A DNA stretch of 64,000 bases, from NCBI GenBank assembly GCA_003221515.1, contig QHSI01000101.1:2753-66752 (forward strand), given 5' to 3'. Below, one piece after another: positions 55,930 to 64,000 of this stretch. The translations under genes and the position numbers were made by a program. Position 1 is the stretch's first letter. Every line of letters starts with the position of its first letter. The notes under the pieces are model-generated. The model worked only from the letters and a program-made list of their open reading frames with translations, did not search any database and was not told the DNA's origin. The stretch comes from Candidatus Rokuibacteriota bacterium (lineage in GTDB: Bacteria; Methylomirabilota; Methylomirabilia; Rokubacteriales; CSP1-6).

Positions 55930-56260
55930 GAGGCCGTCATCGACCTTGATGGGGACGTCCCAGTCGATCTTCAGAATTAGCCCGCCGCGACCAACCGGTC
56001 CCGAGCGCCCCGGTCATCGTGACGCCTCCCGGGCGAATGAGCCCGCCTTCAGAACCGAAGTCAACCCTCTAGCTTAGATTGTTCTCCCAGCTGGCCTCCC
56101 AGCGCTCGGGGAGCGTGGCATAGGTTCTCCCGCTGGAGCAACCCTCCCCTGCTGTGCGGTCAAAATCCGCGGCCAATTCCGTGATTTCCTGGATTGCCGG
56201 CTTCGCCTGCGCTCGTAAGATCGCGGCGAGCGACACACCTCGCGGATAAAGGAGAGGCCT

Positions 56261-56773
56261 ATGATGCCACGCTGGATGAACCCGATGCTCGTTGTGCTCG
56301 TCCTGGCCCTCGTCCCCGTCTCCGCCAGAGCCTGGGCCTTCTCGGACTTCCAGATCAACGGCGCCGGGACGGCGGGGGGGACCTGCCAGATAGGGACTCT
56401 CACGCCGGTTTGCGTAAGCAACTCGGGCGGACAGGTGGCCGGGACGGCCATCGCTTCCGGTACGTATACTTTGAGCCTCACGGCCGGGCCGGCGGGTCTG
56501 GTCCAAGCGACCGGGGGGACCTGTTTCCCCGCCAACAGCACCGGTCAGATCGTCGACGCGGCCACCGGAGACGTCATTAACTTCAAGACCGTGGGCATGC
56601 TCTGCGAGGCCGGCATTCCTGGATCGCAGTACTACTACAACGGAGCCTACGGCATCGATTCCGGGACCGGCCAATTCGCTACTGCGGCCGGCGGAGGGAG
56701 CCTGACGGCCACCTTCCAGAAGGGATTCGACGCGCCAACCTTTATCAAGCTCGACGGCACGATCGCGTTCTGA
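56261..56773 (+). CDS. Secreted Gly/Thr/Ala-rich hypothetical protein, 170 aa, no recognisable family
   Basis: Ribosome-binding site AAAGGAGAGG. Signal peptide 'MMPRWMNPMLVVLVLALVPVSARA'. Four Cys residues. Low-complexity G/T/A-rich mature region. Confidence 0.55.
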   Translation: MMPRWMNPMLVVLVLALVPVSARAWAFSDFQINGAGTAGGTCQIGTLTPVCVSNSGGQVAGTAIASGTYTLSLTAGPAGLVQATGGTCFPANSTGQIVDAATGDVINFKTVGMLCEAGIPGSQYYYNGAYGIDSGTGQFATAAGGGSLTATFQKGFDAPTFIKLDGTIAF

Positions 56774-56845
56774 CCGGCCCGGGCACGGTCGCGCCCTCGA
56801 GAAGCCCCAAGGGCCTCGCTAACCCCTGCGCGATTTGCTTGTGCG

Positions 56846-57454
56846 CTAAGAGCGTCCGCGCCCCCTGAGATCGAGGACGAAATCGAACGTCCCCGCCTTG
56901 CCGTCCGCCGCGTCCCGGACCTGCATCACCAGGTCGCGGCTGAAGATGGGATCGCGCTGGTTCCCGGCCTCTCCGGGAAAGTAGAGCTGGGTGGTGAGCA
57001 CCGGACCGTTGGGCGCCTGGACCTTGACGTGGAAGTGGCGCGTGCGCCCGGGGTAGACGCCCGGCACGATCGTCTCCAAGCGATAGCGCCCCTGATCGTC
57101 CGCGAACTGATGGCCGCGCAGCCGAAAGCCGGCGTTGTCGTACGCCCCGCTGTCATCGGCCTGCCAGAAGTCGACCAACGCGCGCGGCACGGGCTGGCAG
57201 CCAGTCGAGAGGATCGTGCCCGCCACGGCGATGCGTGTTCCCGGGAGTCCGGGCTCGAGAAGCGACGTCCGCGCGGGCGACTCCGGCTTGAAGTACGGTC
57301 CCTCGGTCCGACGTGGCGTCGGTGAGCCGTCGGCGCAGCTCGGCGTCGGCGTCAGCGCTTGCGCCCCGGCCGGGCCAGTGTCGAGCGCGCCCAGTGCGGC
57401 CGCCGCCGGGGTGGCGGCCGCCAGTCTCAGGAAATCGCGGCGTGACGCGTTCAT
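56846..57454 (-). CDS. Tat-secreted intradiol ring-cleavage dioxygenase-like protein, 202 aa
   Basis: Twin-arginine signal 'MNASRRDFLRLAAATPAAAALGA'. 'EGPYFKPESP...GTILSTGCQPVPRALVDFWQADDSGAYD...GRTRHFHVKV' matches the dioxygenase core (the Tat-signal dioxygenase family). Confidence 0.7.
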   Translation of the reverse strand: MNASRRDFLRLAAATPAAAALGALDTGPAGAQALTPTPSCADGSPTPRRTEGPYFKPESPARTSLLEPGLPGTRIAVAGTILSTGCQPVPRALVDFWQADDSGAYDNAGFRLRGHQFADDQGRYRLETIVPGVYPGRTRHFHVKVQAPNGPVLTTQLYFPGEAGNQRDPIFSRDLVMQVRDAADGKAGTFDFVLDLRGRGRS

Positions 57455-57500
57455 TCAAAACATCCTCCCGGGACGGCGATCGGTCGCCGCGTCCCCAGGC

Positions 57501-58178
57501 CTATCGTACCCGAGCTGTCTTCTCGAGCAGCGCGGGCAGCTCCGTGAGATCGGCGATCTCGAAATCGGGCGGCGGCACGTCGGCGCGTCGCGGGCGACGG
57601 TCGCGATTCACCCACACGACCCTCATCCCCGCGGCCTTCGCGCCGCTGACGTCGTCGACCTCGCTGTCGCCGACGTGCAGGACATCGTGCGGCTCCAGTC
57701 CCAGGCGCTCGAGCGCCCGCCTGAACATCATCGGGTGCGGCTTGTAGGCGCGCACGGCTTCGGAGATCAGGATGAACTCGACGGGGAGCGTGAAGGGCCA
57801 GGACGCGACGTGTTCCTGGTCGGCGTTGGAGACGACCGCCGACCGCAGGCCGCCGAGCGCGCCCAGGACCTCGAGCGTTTCCGGATAGAGCTCCACCCGG
57901 GTGGTCACGTCGAAGAAGAGGTCGACGTAGCGGGACGCGTCGGCGCCGATACCGAGCTGGGTCAGCAGCTTCCCCAAGTTCTGGGCCTCGAGCTCTCGGA
58001 GGGTGCGGAACGGGAGGATCTGGCTCTCGCGATAGTAGGCCTCGGCCCAGAGGCGATACACCTCGTCGACGGAGACCGACAATCCGTGATCGGCCACGAT
58101 GCGGCTCGGGACGAGTCTCAGGTCCTCGTTGCGCAGCAGCGTGCCATATGCGTCGAACGTTACGGCTTTGATGGACAT
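57501..58178 (-). CDS. HAD-superfamily hydrolase (haloacid dehalogenase-like), 225 aa
   Basis: 'MSIKAVTFDAYGTLL' is HAD motif I (DxYGT). 'VGDSEVDDVSGAKAAGMRVVWVNR' is motif III/IV. ATG at 58178 after GGAGG. The remainder of the 753-aa track ORF is an artefact. Confidence 0.8.
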   Translation of the reverse strand: MSIKAVTFDAYGTLLRNEDLRLVPSRIVADHGLSVSVDEVYRLWAEAYYRESQILPFRTLRELEAQNLGKLLTQLGIGADASRYVDLFFDVTTRVELYPETLEVLGALGGLRSAVVSNADQEHVASWPFTLPVEFILISEAVRAYKPHPMMFRRALERLGLEPHDVLHVGDSEVDDVSGAKAAGMRVVWVNRDRRPRRADVPPPDFEIADLTELPALLEKTARVR

Positions 58179-58256
58179 CCGCCAATAGCCTCCGCGCGGA
58201 GGATACAGGAACTTCTGGTAGGATCTCCAGAGCGGTCGAAGAATGGGGGCTCGACG

Positions 58257-59288
58257 ATGAACATCTTCAAGGCGCTGGCGGTGAAGGACGTCGACGAGGC
58301 CACGAAATCGATCCCGCTGATCGACGTCGGGCCGGCGTTCCGGGACGAGCCGGGGGCGCGTGACCGCGTGGCGGCCGAGGTCCGGCGCGCGTGCGAGAGC
58401 GTCGGCTTCTTCTACCTGGCCGGCCACGGCGTGCCGCAGGGGCTGGTCGACGGCGCGTTCGCGGCCTCGCGCGAATTTCACGCGATCCCCCTCCCCAACA
58501 AGCTCGCGCTCAAGATCAACGAGAACAACGTCGGCTACCTGCCGGTGAATCAGAGCATGCAGCGGGCCTCGACGGTCCACAAGGCGACCCGGCCCAACTA
58601 CAACGAGAGCTTCTTCATCAGCCACGACCGGAGCGCGGACCATCCGGACGTCGTGGCCGGACGCCCGCTCAGAGGCCGAAACCAGTGGCCCGCTGGCCAC
58701 GACGCGATGAGGGCGGCGATGGTCCGCTACTTCAAGACCATGGAAGGCCTGGGCGAGCGAGTATTGCCTCTGCTCGCGCGGGCGCTCGACATGCCGGCGG
58801 GACACTTCGGGCCGTTCTTCACCAACGAGGCGCACATCAATCTGCGCTTCCTGCACTACCCGCCGCAGGAGACCGACGACGAGGAGCAGTTCGGTCAGGG
58901 GCCCCACACCGACAACTCGTTCATCACGATGCTCGCGCGAGAGGACGTGCCCGGGCTCGCGGTCCGCCTCCCCAGCGGCGAGTGGCTCGCCCCGCCGGTG
59001 ATCCCGGGCACCTTCCTGGTCAACCTCGGCAACATCATGAAGCGCTGGTCGAACGACCGCTTTCTGTCGACGCCGCACGGGGTGCTGAACGACTCCGGCA
59101 CGGACCGCTACTCGATCGCGTTCTTCTACAGCCCGAACATCGAGGCGGCCATCGAATGCCTGCCGACGTGCGTGAGCGCGAGCGAGCCGGCGCGCTATCC
59201 GCGCGCGGTGTACGGGGACCTGGTGCTGGACTTCTACAACGCCAACTACTTCCATCGGAAGGACTACACCGCCGCCGCCGGAGATTGA
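58257..59288 (+). CDS. 2-oxoglutarate/Fe(II)-dependent oxygenase (isopenicillin-N-synthase-like family), 343 aa
   Basis: 'MNIFKALAVKDVDEATKSIPLIDVGPAF' is the DIOX_N start. HxD...H facial triad 'GPHTDNSF...STPHGV'. 'RYSIAFFYSP' 2OG-binding motif. Confidence 0.85.
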   Translation: MNIFKALAVKDVDEATKSIPLIDVGPAFRDEPGARDRVAAEVRRACESVGFFYLAGHGVPQGLVDGAFAASREFHAIPLPNKLALKINENNVGYLPVNQSMQRASTVHKATRPNYNESFFISHDRSADHPDVVAGRPLRGRNQWPAGHDAMRAAMVRYFKTMEGLGERVLPLLARALDMPAGHFGPFFTNEAHINLRFLHYPPQETDDEEQFGQGPHTDNSFITMLAREDVPGLAVRLPSGEWLAPPVIPGTFLVNLGNIMKRWSNDRFLSTPHGVLNDSGTDRYSIAFFYSPNIEAAIECLPTCVSASEPARYPRAVYGDLVLDFYNANYFHRKDYTAAAGD

Positions 59289-59330
59289 CGCGAGAACCGG
59301 CGCCGCCATCTGCTTCACCAGAGCGATCCG

Positions 59331-60134
59331 GTGCTGGCCAGCGTGGCTGCCGAGCCAAGTAAGTGGATCTATGGAGGGTTCGCGCTGGAGTATCGTGGGT
59401 GGGTGACCGGTGTTCCCCGCCCCCCCGACGGGTGTGCCCAAGACGTCGAGCTCGTGCGGCTGGCGCTGACCGGCGAGGGGGTCGACGTCGCGCTGCTCGA
59501 CGTGGAGCACCTGGCCGACATCGAGTCGACAGCAGCGCGCTACCTGACGCCGTTGGAGCGCGAGGAATACGCCGGGCTCAGGCTCGAGACCCGCCGACGG
59601 GAGTGGCTTGCAGCGCGTGTCTGCCTCAAGACGATGCTGCTGGAGCGGCGCTGCGTCAGCGACCCGACCCGGTGCGCGATCGTGAAGGACGCGGCCGGAC
59701 GACCGCGGCTCGTCTTTGCCGAGCCGCCCGCAGAATCCGTGCACGACTGCTCGCTCTCGCACAAGGGGCGGTTCGCGTGCGCCGGCGCCTCACGCCTGGC
59801 CGCCACCCGCCTCGGGGTCGACATCGAGGAGATTTCCCCTCGCCTGCTGCGGATCGAGCGCGCCTTCGCGCGTGACCGCGACCGCCCGTTTCGAGCCCGG
59901 CCGACGCAGGAGCGGCTGGCGCTGCTCTGGGCGCTGAAGGAAGCGTGCGCCAAGGCGGTCGGCAGCGGGCTCGGGTTCGCGATGGGCGCCGTGAGCTGCG
60001 AGGAGGCGGAGGAGGGTCGGCATCACGTGAGGACCGAGGACGGCCGGCAGTTCCGCGGACGCCACGTCGTCCACGATGGCTACGTCGTCGCACTGTGCCT
60101 GACCGAGGACGAACCCTGCGCCGGGGTCGAGTAA
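59331..60134 (+). CDS. 4'-phosphopantetheinyl transferase, Sfp/EntD type, 267 aa
   Basis: 'SLSHKG' and 'LWALKEACAKAVGSG' (W/FxxKEAxxK) PPTase motifs. Confidence 0.8.
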   Translation: MLASVAAEPSKWIYGGFALEYRGWVTGVPRPPDGCAQDVELVRLALTGEGVDVALLDVEHLADIESTAARYLTPLEREEYAGLRLETRRREWLAARVCLKTMLLERRCVSDPTRCAIVKDAAGRPRLVFAEPPAESVHDCSLSHKGRFACAGASRLAATRLGVDIEEISPRLLRIERAFARDRDRPFRARPTQERLALLWALKEACAKAVGSGLGFAMGAVSCEEAEEGRHHVRTEDGRQFRGRHVVHDGYVVALCLTEDEPCAGVE

Positions 60135-61849
60135 GCCGGGCGGCGCGTCGCTCGCCGTCGGACTCGCTCCAGCGTCGCCTGTACGCGCAGCGTGAGCGCG
60201 ACGCCAACGCGCGCGCGATCGCGTTCGTCGACGCCGGCGGCGAGATCCGCTGGCGGACCTGGCGGGAGCTCTTCGAGGGGGCGACCGGCTACGCGCACTG
60301 GCTAGCCGAGGCGGGCTTGCGCCCCGGAGACGTCGCGGTGCTCGCGGTCCCGAGCGACGAGGCGTGCGCCCGAGCGCTCATGGGCGCTCTCCTCGTCGGC
60401 GCCGTTCCGCTGCTCGTCGCGCCGCCGGCGTTCCAGGACGCGAGCTCACACTTGCTTCAAGTCCTGGTCCGCACGTCGCGGCGCGCGAGGGCCCGGATCG
60501 CCCTCGTGCCCGCGGGCACCGCGGGGCTCGTTGCGCCGCACCGCAGACCCCGGACGCGGTTGCTGACCCTGCCCGAGCACGGGGTGGCGCCGTCGGCGGA
60601 CCCACTCCCGGTCGTGCAGCCGCCGACCGAACGGATAGGCGCCATGCAACTGACGTCGGGGACGACGGGGTTCCCGCGCATCTGCGTGTGGAAGCACCGG
60701 GGGATCCTGGCGGCGCTCGACGGCATGCGCGGGGCGATGAAGCTCTCGTCGCGCGACGTGTGCTTCAACTGGACGCCGCTCCATCACGACATGGGACTCG
60801 TCAATAACTTCTTCCTGTGTCTGGCCAGCGGCGTGCCCGTCGTCATGGCGCGGCCGCAAGATTTCATCCGCCGGCCCGCGCTCTGGCTGCGAGGACTCTC
60901 GGAGACGCACTCGACGGTCACGTGGTCGCCGAACTTCGGCTTCGTGGTGGCGACTAAGCGGATCCGCGACGACGAGCTCGAGGGCGTGCGCCTCGACGAG
61001 GTGCGCGGCTTCTACAATGCCGCCGAGCGCATCCACCTCGATAGCCTACAGAACTTCTACAAGCGCTTCGCGCCGCTCGGCGTTCGCCAGGAAGCGCTCA
61101 AGACCAACTTCGGGTGCGCCGAGAACGCCGGTGGCGCCACCTTCAGCGCGCCCGACGGCATGTACGTCCACGAGCTCGTGGATCGCGCGTTGCTCCACGA
61201 GAAGGGCGTCGCCCGGCCGGTGACGGGCGGCGAGGAGTCGGGCGCCGTGCCGGTCGTCGGCGTGGGACGTCCGGCTCCGGGGATCCGCGTCGCGGTGTTC
61301 TCGTCCGCGGGACGACGGCTACGCGATGGTCACGTCGGCGAGCTCGCGCTCGACACGCCGTCTCGGATGGTCGGCTACCTCCGCCAGCGCCGCGAGACTC
61401 GGCGCGCGCTCTCCCGCAAGTGGCTGCGGACCGGGGATCTGGCCTACGTCCGAGGCCGCGAGGTGTTCTGGGTCGGCCGCCGGCGCGAGCGTATCACCGT
61501 GCGCGGGCGCAAGTTCGATCCGAGCGATTTCGAGCAGATCCTCTTCGGCATTCCCGGGCTTCGGACCGGCTGCTTCGCGGCGTTCGGCATCGACGACGAG
61601 ACCTGTGGGACCCAGCGACTGGTGATCGTCGCCGAAGTGCAGGAAGCGGCGGCGGATGGCGCCCGCGGCCTGCTGGAGCAGATCAGGGAGCGCGTGTCAC
61701 TCCAGCTCGGCGTCGGTGCCGACGAGGTCGTGCTGGTGAAATCCGGAACGCTGACCAAGACGTCCAGCGGCAAGCGGCGGCACCGGTTCTTCCACCAGGC
61801 TTACCTGGACGGCAGCCTGCGCGCGCACACGCTGCCGCTCGGCTCCTGA
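60134..61849 (+). CDS. Fatty-acyl-AMP ligase-like AMP-dependent synthetase (FAAL/FadD family); start codon unresolved
   Basis: 'MQLTSGTTGFPRICV', 'WTPLHHDMGLVNNFFLCLASG', 'FGCAENAGGATF', 'WLRTGDLAYV', 'GRRRERITVRGRKFDP'. There is no canonical in-frame start between the PPTase stop (60132-60134) and the conserved core. The only in-frame ATG (59945) would overlap the PPTase gene by 190 nt. Confidence 0.7.
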   Translation, partial: SRAARRSPSDSLQRRLYAQRERDANARAIAFVDAGGEIRWRTWRELFEGATGYAHWLAEAGLRPGDVAVLAVPSDEACARALMGALLVGAVPLLVAPPAFQDASSHLLQVLVRTSRRARARIALVPAGTAGLVAPHRRPRTRLLTLPEHGVAPSADPLPVVQPPTERIGAMQLTSGTTGFPRICVWKHRGILAALDGMRGAMKLSSRDVCFNWTPLHHDMGLVNNFFLCLASGVPVVMARPQDFIRRPALWLRGLSETHSTVTWSPNFGFVVATKRIRDDELEGVRLDEVRGFYNAAERIHLDSLQNFYKRFAPLGVRQEALKTNFGCAENAGGATFSAPDGMYVHELVDRALLHEKGVARPVTGGEESGAVPVVGVGRPAPGIRVAVFSSAGRRLRDGHVGELALDTPSRMVGYLRQRRETRRALSRKWLRTGDLAYVRGREVFWVGRRRERITVRGRKFDPSDFEQILFGIPGLRTGCFAAFGIDDETCGTQRLVIVAEVQEAAADGARGLLEQIRERVSLQLGVGADEVVLVKSGTLTKTSSGKRRHRFFHQAYLDGSLRAHTLPLGS

Positions 61850-61896
61850 GTCGCGTGGCCTCGGGCTGCCGGCTCGATCGAGCTGACAGGAGACCC

Positions 61897-62148
61897 TCAG
61901 GGCTGGAGCTTCCGGCCGACGAAGTCGGCGATGCACTGGATGCTCTCGAAGTTCCGCTTGAGGATCTCTTCGTCGCGGATCTGCACCCCGAACCGGTCTT
62001 CCAGGAAGGTTGCGAGCTCGAAGATCCCCATCGAGTCGATGATGCCGGAGGCGAAGAGGGAATCGTCGTCGGCGACCTTCGGCTCGCCGTGGCGCCCCGC
62101 CGACTTCGCCTCGATGAACTGCCGCACTCCCGCCACCACGTCGCTCAT
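61897..62148 (-). CDS. Acyl carrier protein, 83 aa
   Basis: 'DDDSLFASGIIDSMGIFELATFLEDRFGV' is the ACP Ser-containing motif (IDSMG). Confidence 0.8.
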   Translation of the reverse strand: MSDVVAGVRQFIEAKSAGRHGEPKVADDDSLFASGIIDSMGIFELATFLEDRFGVQIRDEEILKRNFESIQCIADFVGRKLQP

Positions 62149-62261
62149 GCGATTCCTCGTCGTCCGCGCGCAGCCTCGAGAGCGGGCGCGATCGCATCCA
62201 GACTGTTGCGTACACTATAGCCGACGCGATGGCTCGGCGGCGAAGGCGTGGTCGTCGGGGC

Positions 62262-63182
62262 TCAGGCGCGCCGCCCTCCGGTCAGCATGCGGAGGAACGC
62301 CGGCGCCAGCCGCGGGTCGAGCGTGTCGCGCACGCCGTCGCCGAAGAGGTTGAAGGCCAGCACGGTGACGGTGATGGCGAGCCCGGGGAAGAACACCAGC
62401 CACCAGCGCGGCACCAGCGAGGTCAGCGAGTCGGCGAGCATGTTGCCCCACGTCGGGGTCGGGGGTGGGATGCCGACTCCGAGGAAGCCGAGCGCCGCCT
62501 CGATGATGATCGCCACGCCGAGGTGCGCCGTGGCCAGCACGAGGTAGGGCGCCACGCACTGGGGAAGGACGTGGTGGAACATCACGCGAGGCTCCGAGCT
62601 ACCGGCGGCGCGTGCCGCCTCGACGTACGAGAGCTCGCGCACGGTCAGGGCGACCGAGCGGATCACGCGATTGCCAAAGGGGATCCGGGTGACCGCGATC
62701 GCGATGATCACGGCCGGCATGCCCGTGCCGATGGCCATCGAGATGGCCATGGCGAGGATCAGGTCGGGAAACGACTGGAGGACCTCCGTGATCCGCTGGC
62801 TCACCAGGTCGAAGCGCCCGCCGAGGTAGCCGCTGGCCACGCCCCAGAGCGAGCCGACCGTGGTGCCGAGCAGCACGGACGCGAACGCGACGACCAGCGA
62901 CGAGCGCGAGCCGTAGATCACCCGGCTCAACGTGTCGCGACCGACCTGGTCGGTGCCGAAGAAGCTGTGGGCGTCGGGCGGCTTGGCCATTCGGCGGAAA
63001 TCGGCCTTCAGCGGATCGGACGGCGCGATGAGCGGCGCGGTGAGGGCCATCACGACGATGAGGAAGCCGACCAGGCCGCCGGCCGCCGCCAGCGGGTTGC
63101 GGCGGGTGAAGGCCGCGAGCTCCCGCGCGACTGGCGGGGCCCCAGCCCCTCGACGTGCTGCGGCTCGCACGACCAGTCCCAC
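62262..63182 (-). CDS. ABC transporter permease (DppC/OppC-like), 306 aa
   Basis: '...FGTDQVGRDTLSRVIYGSRSSL...[18 protein letters not shown]...'. Confidence 0.85.
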   Translation of the reverse strand: MGLVVRAAARRGAGAPPVARELAAFTRRNPLAAAGGLVGFLIVVMALTAPLIAPSDPLKADFRRMAKPPDAHSFFGTDQVGRDTLSRVIYGSRSSLVVAFASVLLGTTVGSLWGVASGYLGGRFDLVSQRITEVLQSFPDLILAMAISMAIGTGMPAVIIAIAVTRIPFGNRVIRSVALTVRELSYVEAARAAGSSEPRVMFHHVLPQCVAPYLVLATAHLGVAIIIEAALGFLGVGIPPPTPTWGNMLADSLTSLVPRWWLVFFPGLAITVTVLAFNLFGDGVRDTLDPRLAPAFLRMLTGGRRA

Positions 63183-63183
63183 G

Positions 63184-64000
63184 CTAGCGGTAGTGAATCC
63201 GCGGGTCGAGCCACGCGTAGCTCAGGTCGACGGCGACGTTGACGAACACGAAGATCACCGAGTAGAGCAGGACGAGGTTCTGCACCACGATCGTGTCCCG
63301 CTCGATCACCGCGACGACCAGCGAGCGGCCGAGCCCGGGCACGCCGAACGCCTGCTCCACCGCCACCGAGCCGCCCAGCACGAAGCCCATGAGGATTCCC
63401 GACAGCGTCACCACCGGCAGCAGCGCGTTCGGGAGCGCGTGCCGCATGACCACCAGCGCCTCCTGCAGCCCCTTGGCCCGCGCGGTGCGCACGTAGTCCT
63501 CGCGGATGACCTCGAGCAGACACGAGCGCGACATCCGCGCGATGTACGCCCCCTGACCCAGACCGAGCACGAGCGCAGGACCGATGACGAGCTGCAGGTT
63601 GGTCCACGGGTCCTGCCAGAGCTGCACGACGACCAGGGGCGCCTTGTAGTTGAACCAGAACAGCGCGGCGAGCACGATCAGCATCCCGAGCCAAAATCCA
63701 GGAATCGCGAGGAACAGCACCGACATCGTGCGGGCGACGTTGTCGGACAGGCTGTTGGGCCGGAAGGCGCTCACGATGCCGATCGGCAGCCCGATCAGCC
63801 ACGAGATCAGCACCGACATCAGGCCGATCTCCGCGCTGATCGGCCCGCGATGGAGGATCAGCTCCGACACCTTGTCGCCGCGGAAGAACGATCGGCCGAG
63901 GCTGCCGCTGGCGATGTCCCGCATCCAGCGCACGTACTGCAGCGGCAACGGGTCGCTGAGCCCGAGGTCCTCCATGATGTGCGCCCGATCGGCCGGCGCG
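63184..64000 (-). CDS. ABC transporter permease (DppB/OppB-like), 5'-partial: the N-terminus lies beyond the window end
   Basis: C-terminal 263 residues '...ARAKGLQEALVVMRHALPNALLPVVTLSGILMGF...AWLDPRIHYR'. Stop lies 1 nt before the dppC-like start. Confidence 0.85.
   Translation of the reverse strand, partial: APADRAHIMEDLGLSDPLPLQYVRWMRDIASGSLGRSFFRGDKVSELILHRGPISAEIGLMSVLISWLIGLPIGIVSAFRPNSLSDNVARTMSVLFLAIPGFWLGMLIVLAALFWFNYKAPLVVVQLWQDPWTNLQLVIGPALVLGLGQGAYIARMSRSCLLEVIREDYVRTARAKGLQEALVVMRHALPNALLPVVTLSGILMGFVLGGSVAVEQAFGVPGLGRSLVVAVIERDTIVVQNLVLLYSVIFVFVNVAVDLSYAWLDPRIHYR

Noticed and set aside
1-64000. tRNA, rRNA or other structured RNA genes in the non-coding gaps (2293-2539, 3398-3726, 44423-44588, 48385-48683, 55930-56260)
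   Set aside because: No T-loop-like GGTTCGA(A/G)TCC motifs or cloverleaf-compatible segments were seen. The gaps are short and better explained as promoters or terminators.

Overview
High-GC (about two-thirds G+C by eye) bacterial chromosomal segment. It is densely coded, with about 60 protein genes, heavy start/stop overlaps and mostly GGAGG-type ribosome-binding sites. I found no rRNA, tRNA, CRISPR array or transposase. Main contents: (1) A urate/allantoin catabolism block at 7.1-15.3 kb: HIU hydrolase, OHCU decarboxylase, cytochrome-c urate hydroxylase PuuD, PuuE-type allantoinase, a class-V aminotransferase and a UbiD-family decarboxylase. A xanthine-dehydrogenase-family Mo subunit sits immediately upstream. 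(2) Four paralogous CoxL/XdhA-like molybdopterin subunits (2-1708, 9201-11543, 29109-31379, 51949-54258). None has a visible adjacent FAD or Fe-S subunit gene. (3) Several Dpp/Opp-type peptide ABC transporter loci in different states of integrity. One is complete (15.4-20.8 kb). One is decaying (40.4-43.7 kb): the permease has an internal deletion and the Tat-signal binding protein is truncated. There is also an orphan fused ATPase (32.0-34.0 kb) and a partial locus at the 3' end. (4) A hydantoinase A / hydantoinase B (Zn-ribbon) / HpaB-family flavin monooxygenase / VOC operon (34.1-40.4 kb). (5) Two carrier-protein-centred gene sets. One (43.9-48.4 kb) has a hexapeptide acyltransferase, an LLM oxidoreductase, a stand-alone adenylation enzyme, a carrier protein and a formyltransferase. 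The other (57.5-62.1 kb) has a HAD hydrolase, a 2OG-Fe(II) oxygenase, an Sfp-type PPTase, a fatty-acyl-AMP-ligase-like enzyme and an ACP. Between them lie an FTR1 iron permease with a cupredoxin partner, an MBL hydrolase, a FAH-family enzyme, a CocE/NonD hydrolase and secreted proteins. (6) A SelW/Rdx-family selenoprotein gene (3152-3397) that ORF callers miss: it has an in-frame UGA inside a CxxU motif and a SECIS-like hairpin 13 nt downstream. The most likely 'new' things are this selenoprotein, the condensation-domain-free carrier-protein/formyltransferase cluster, and the hydantoinase-HpaB operon. The many long alternative-frame ORFs in the supplied track are GC-driven artefacts and were not called.
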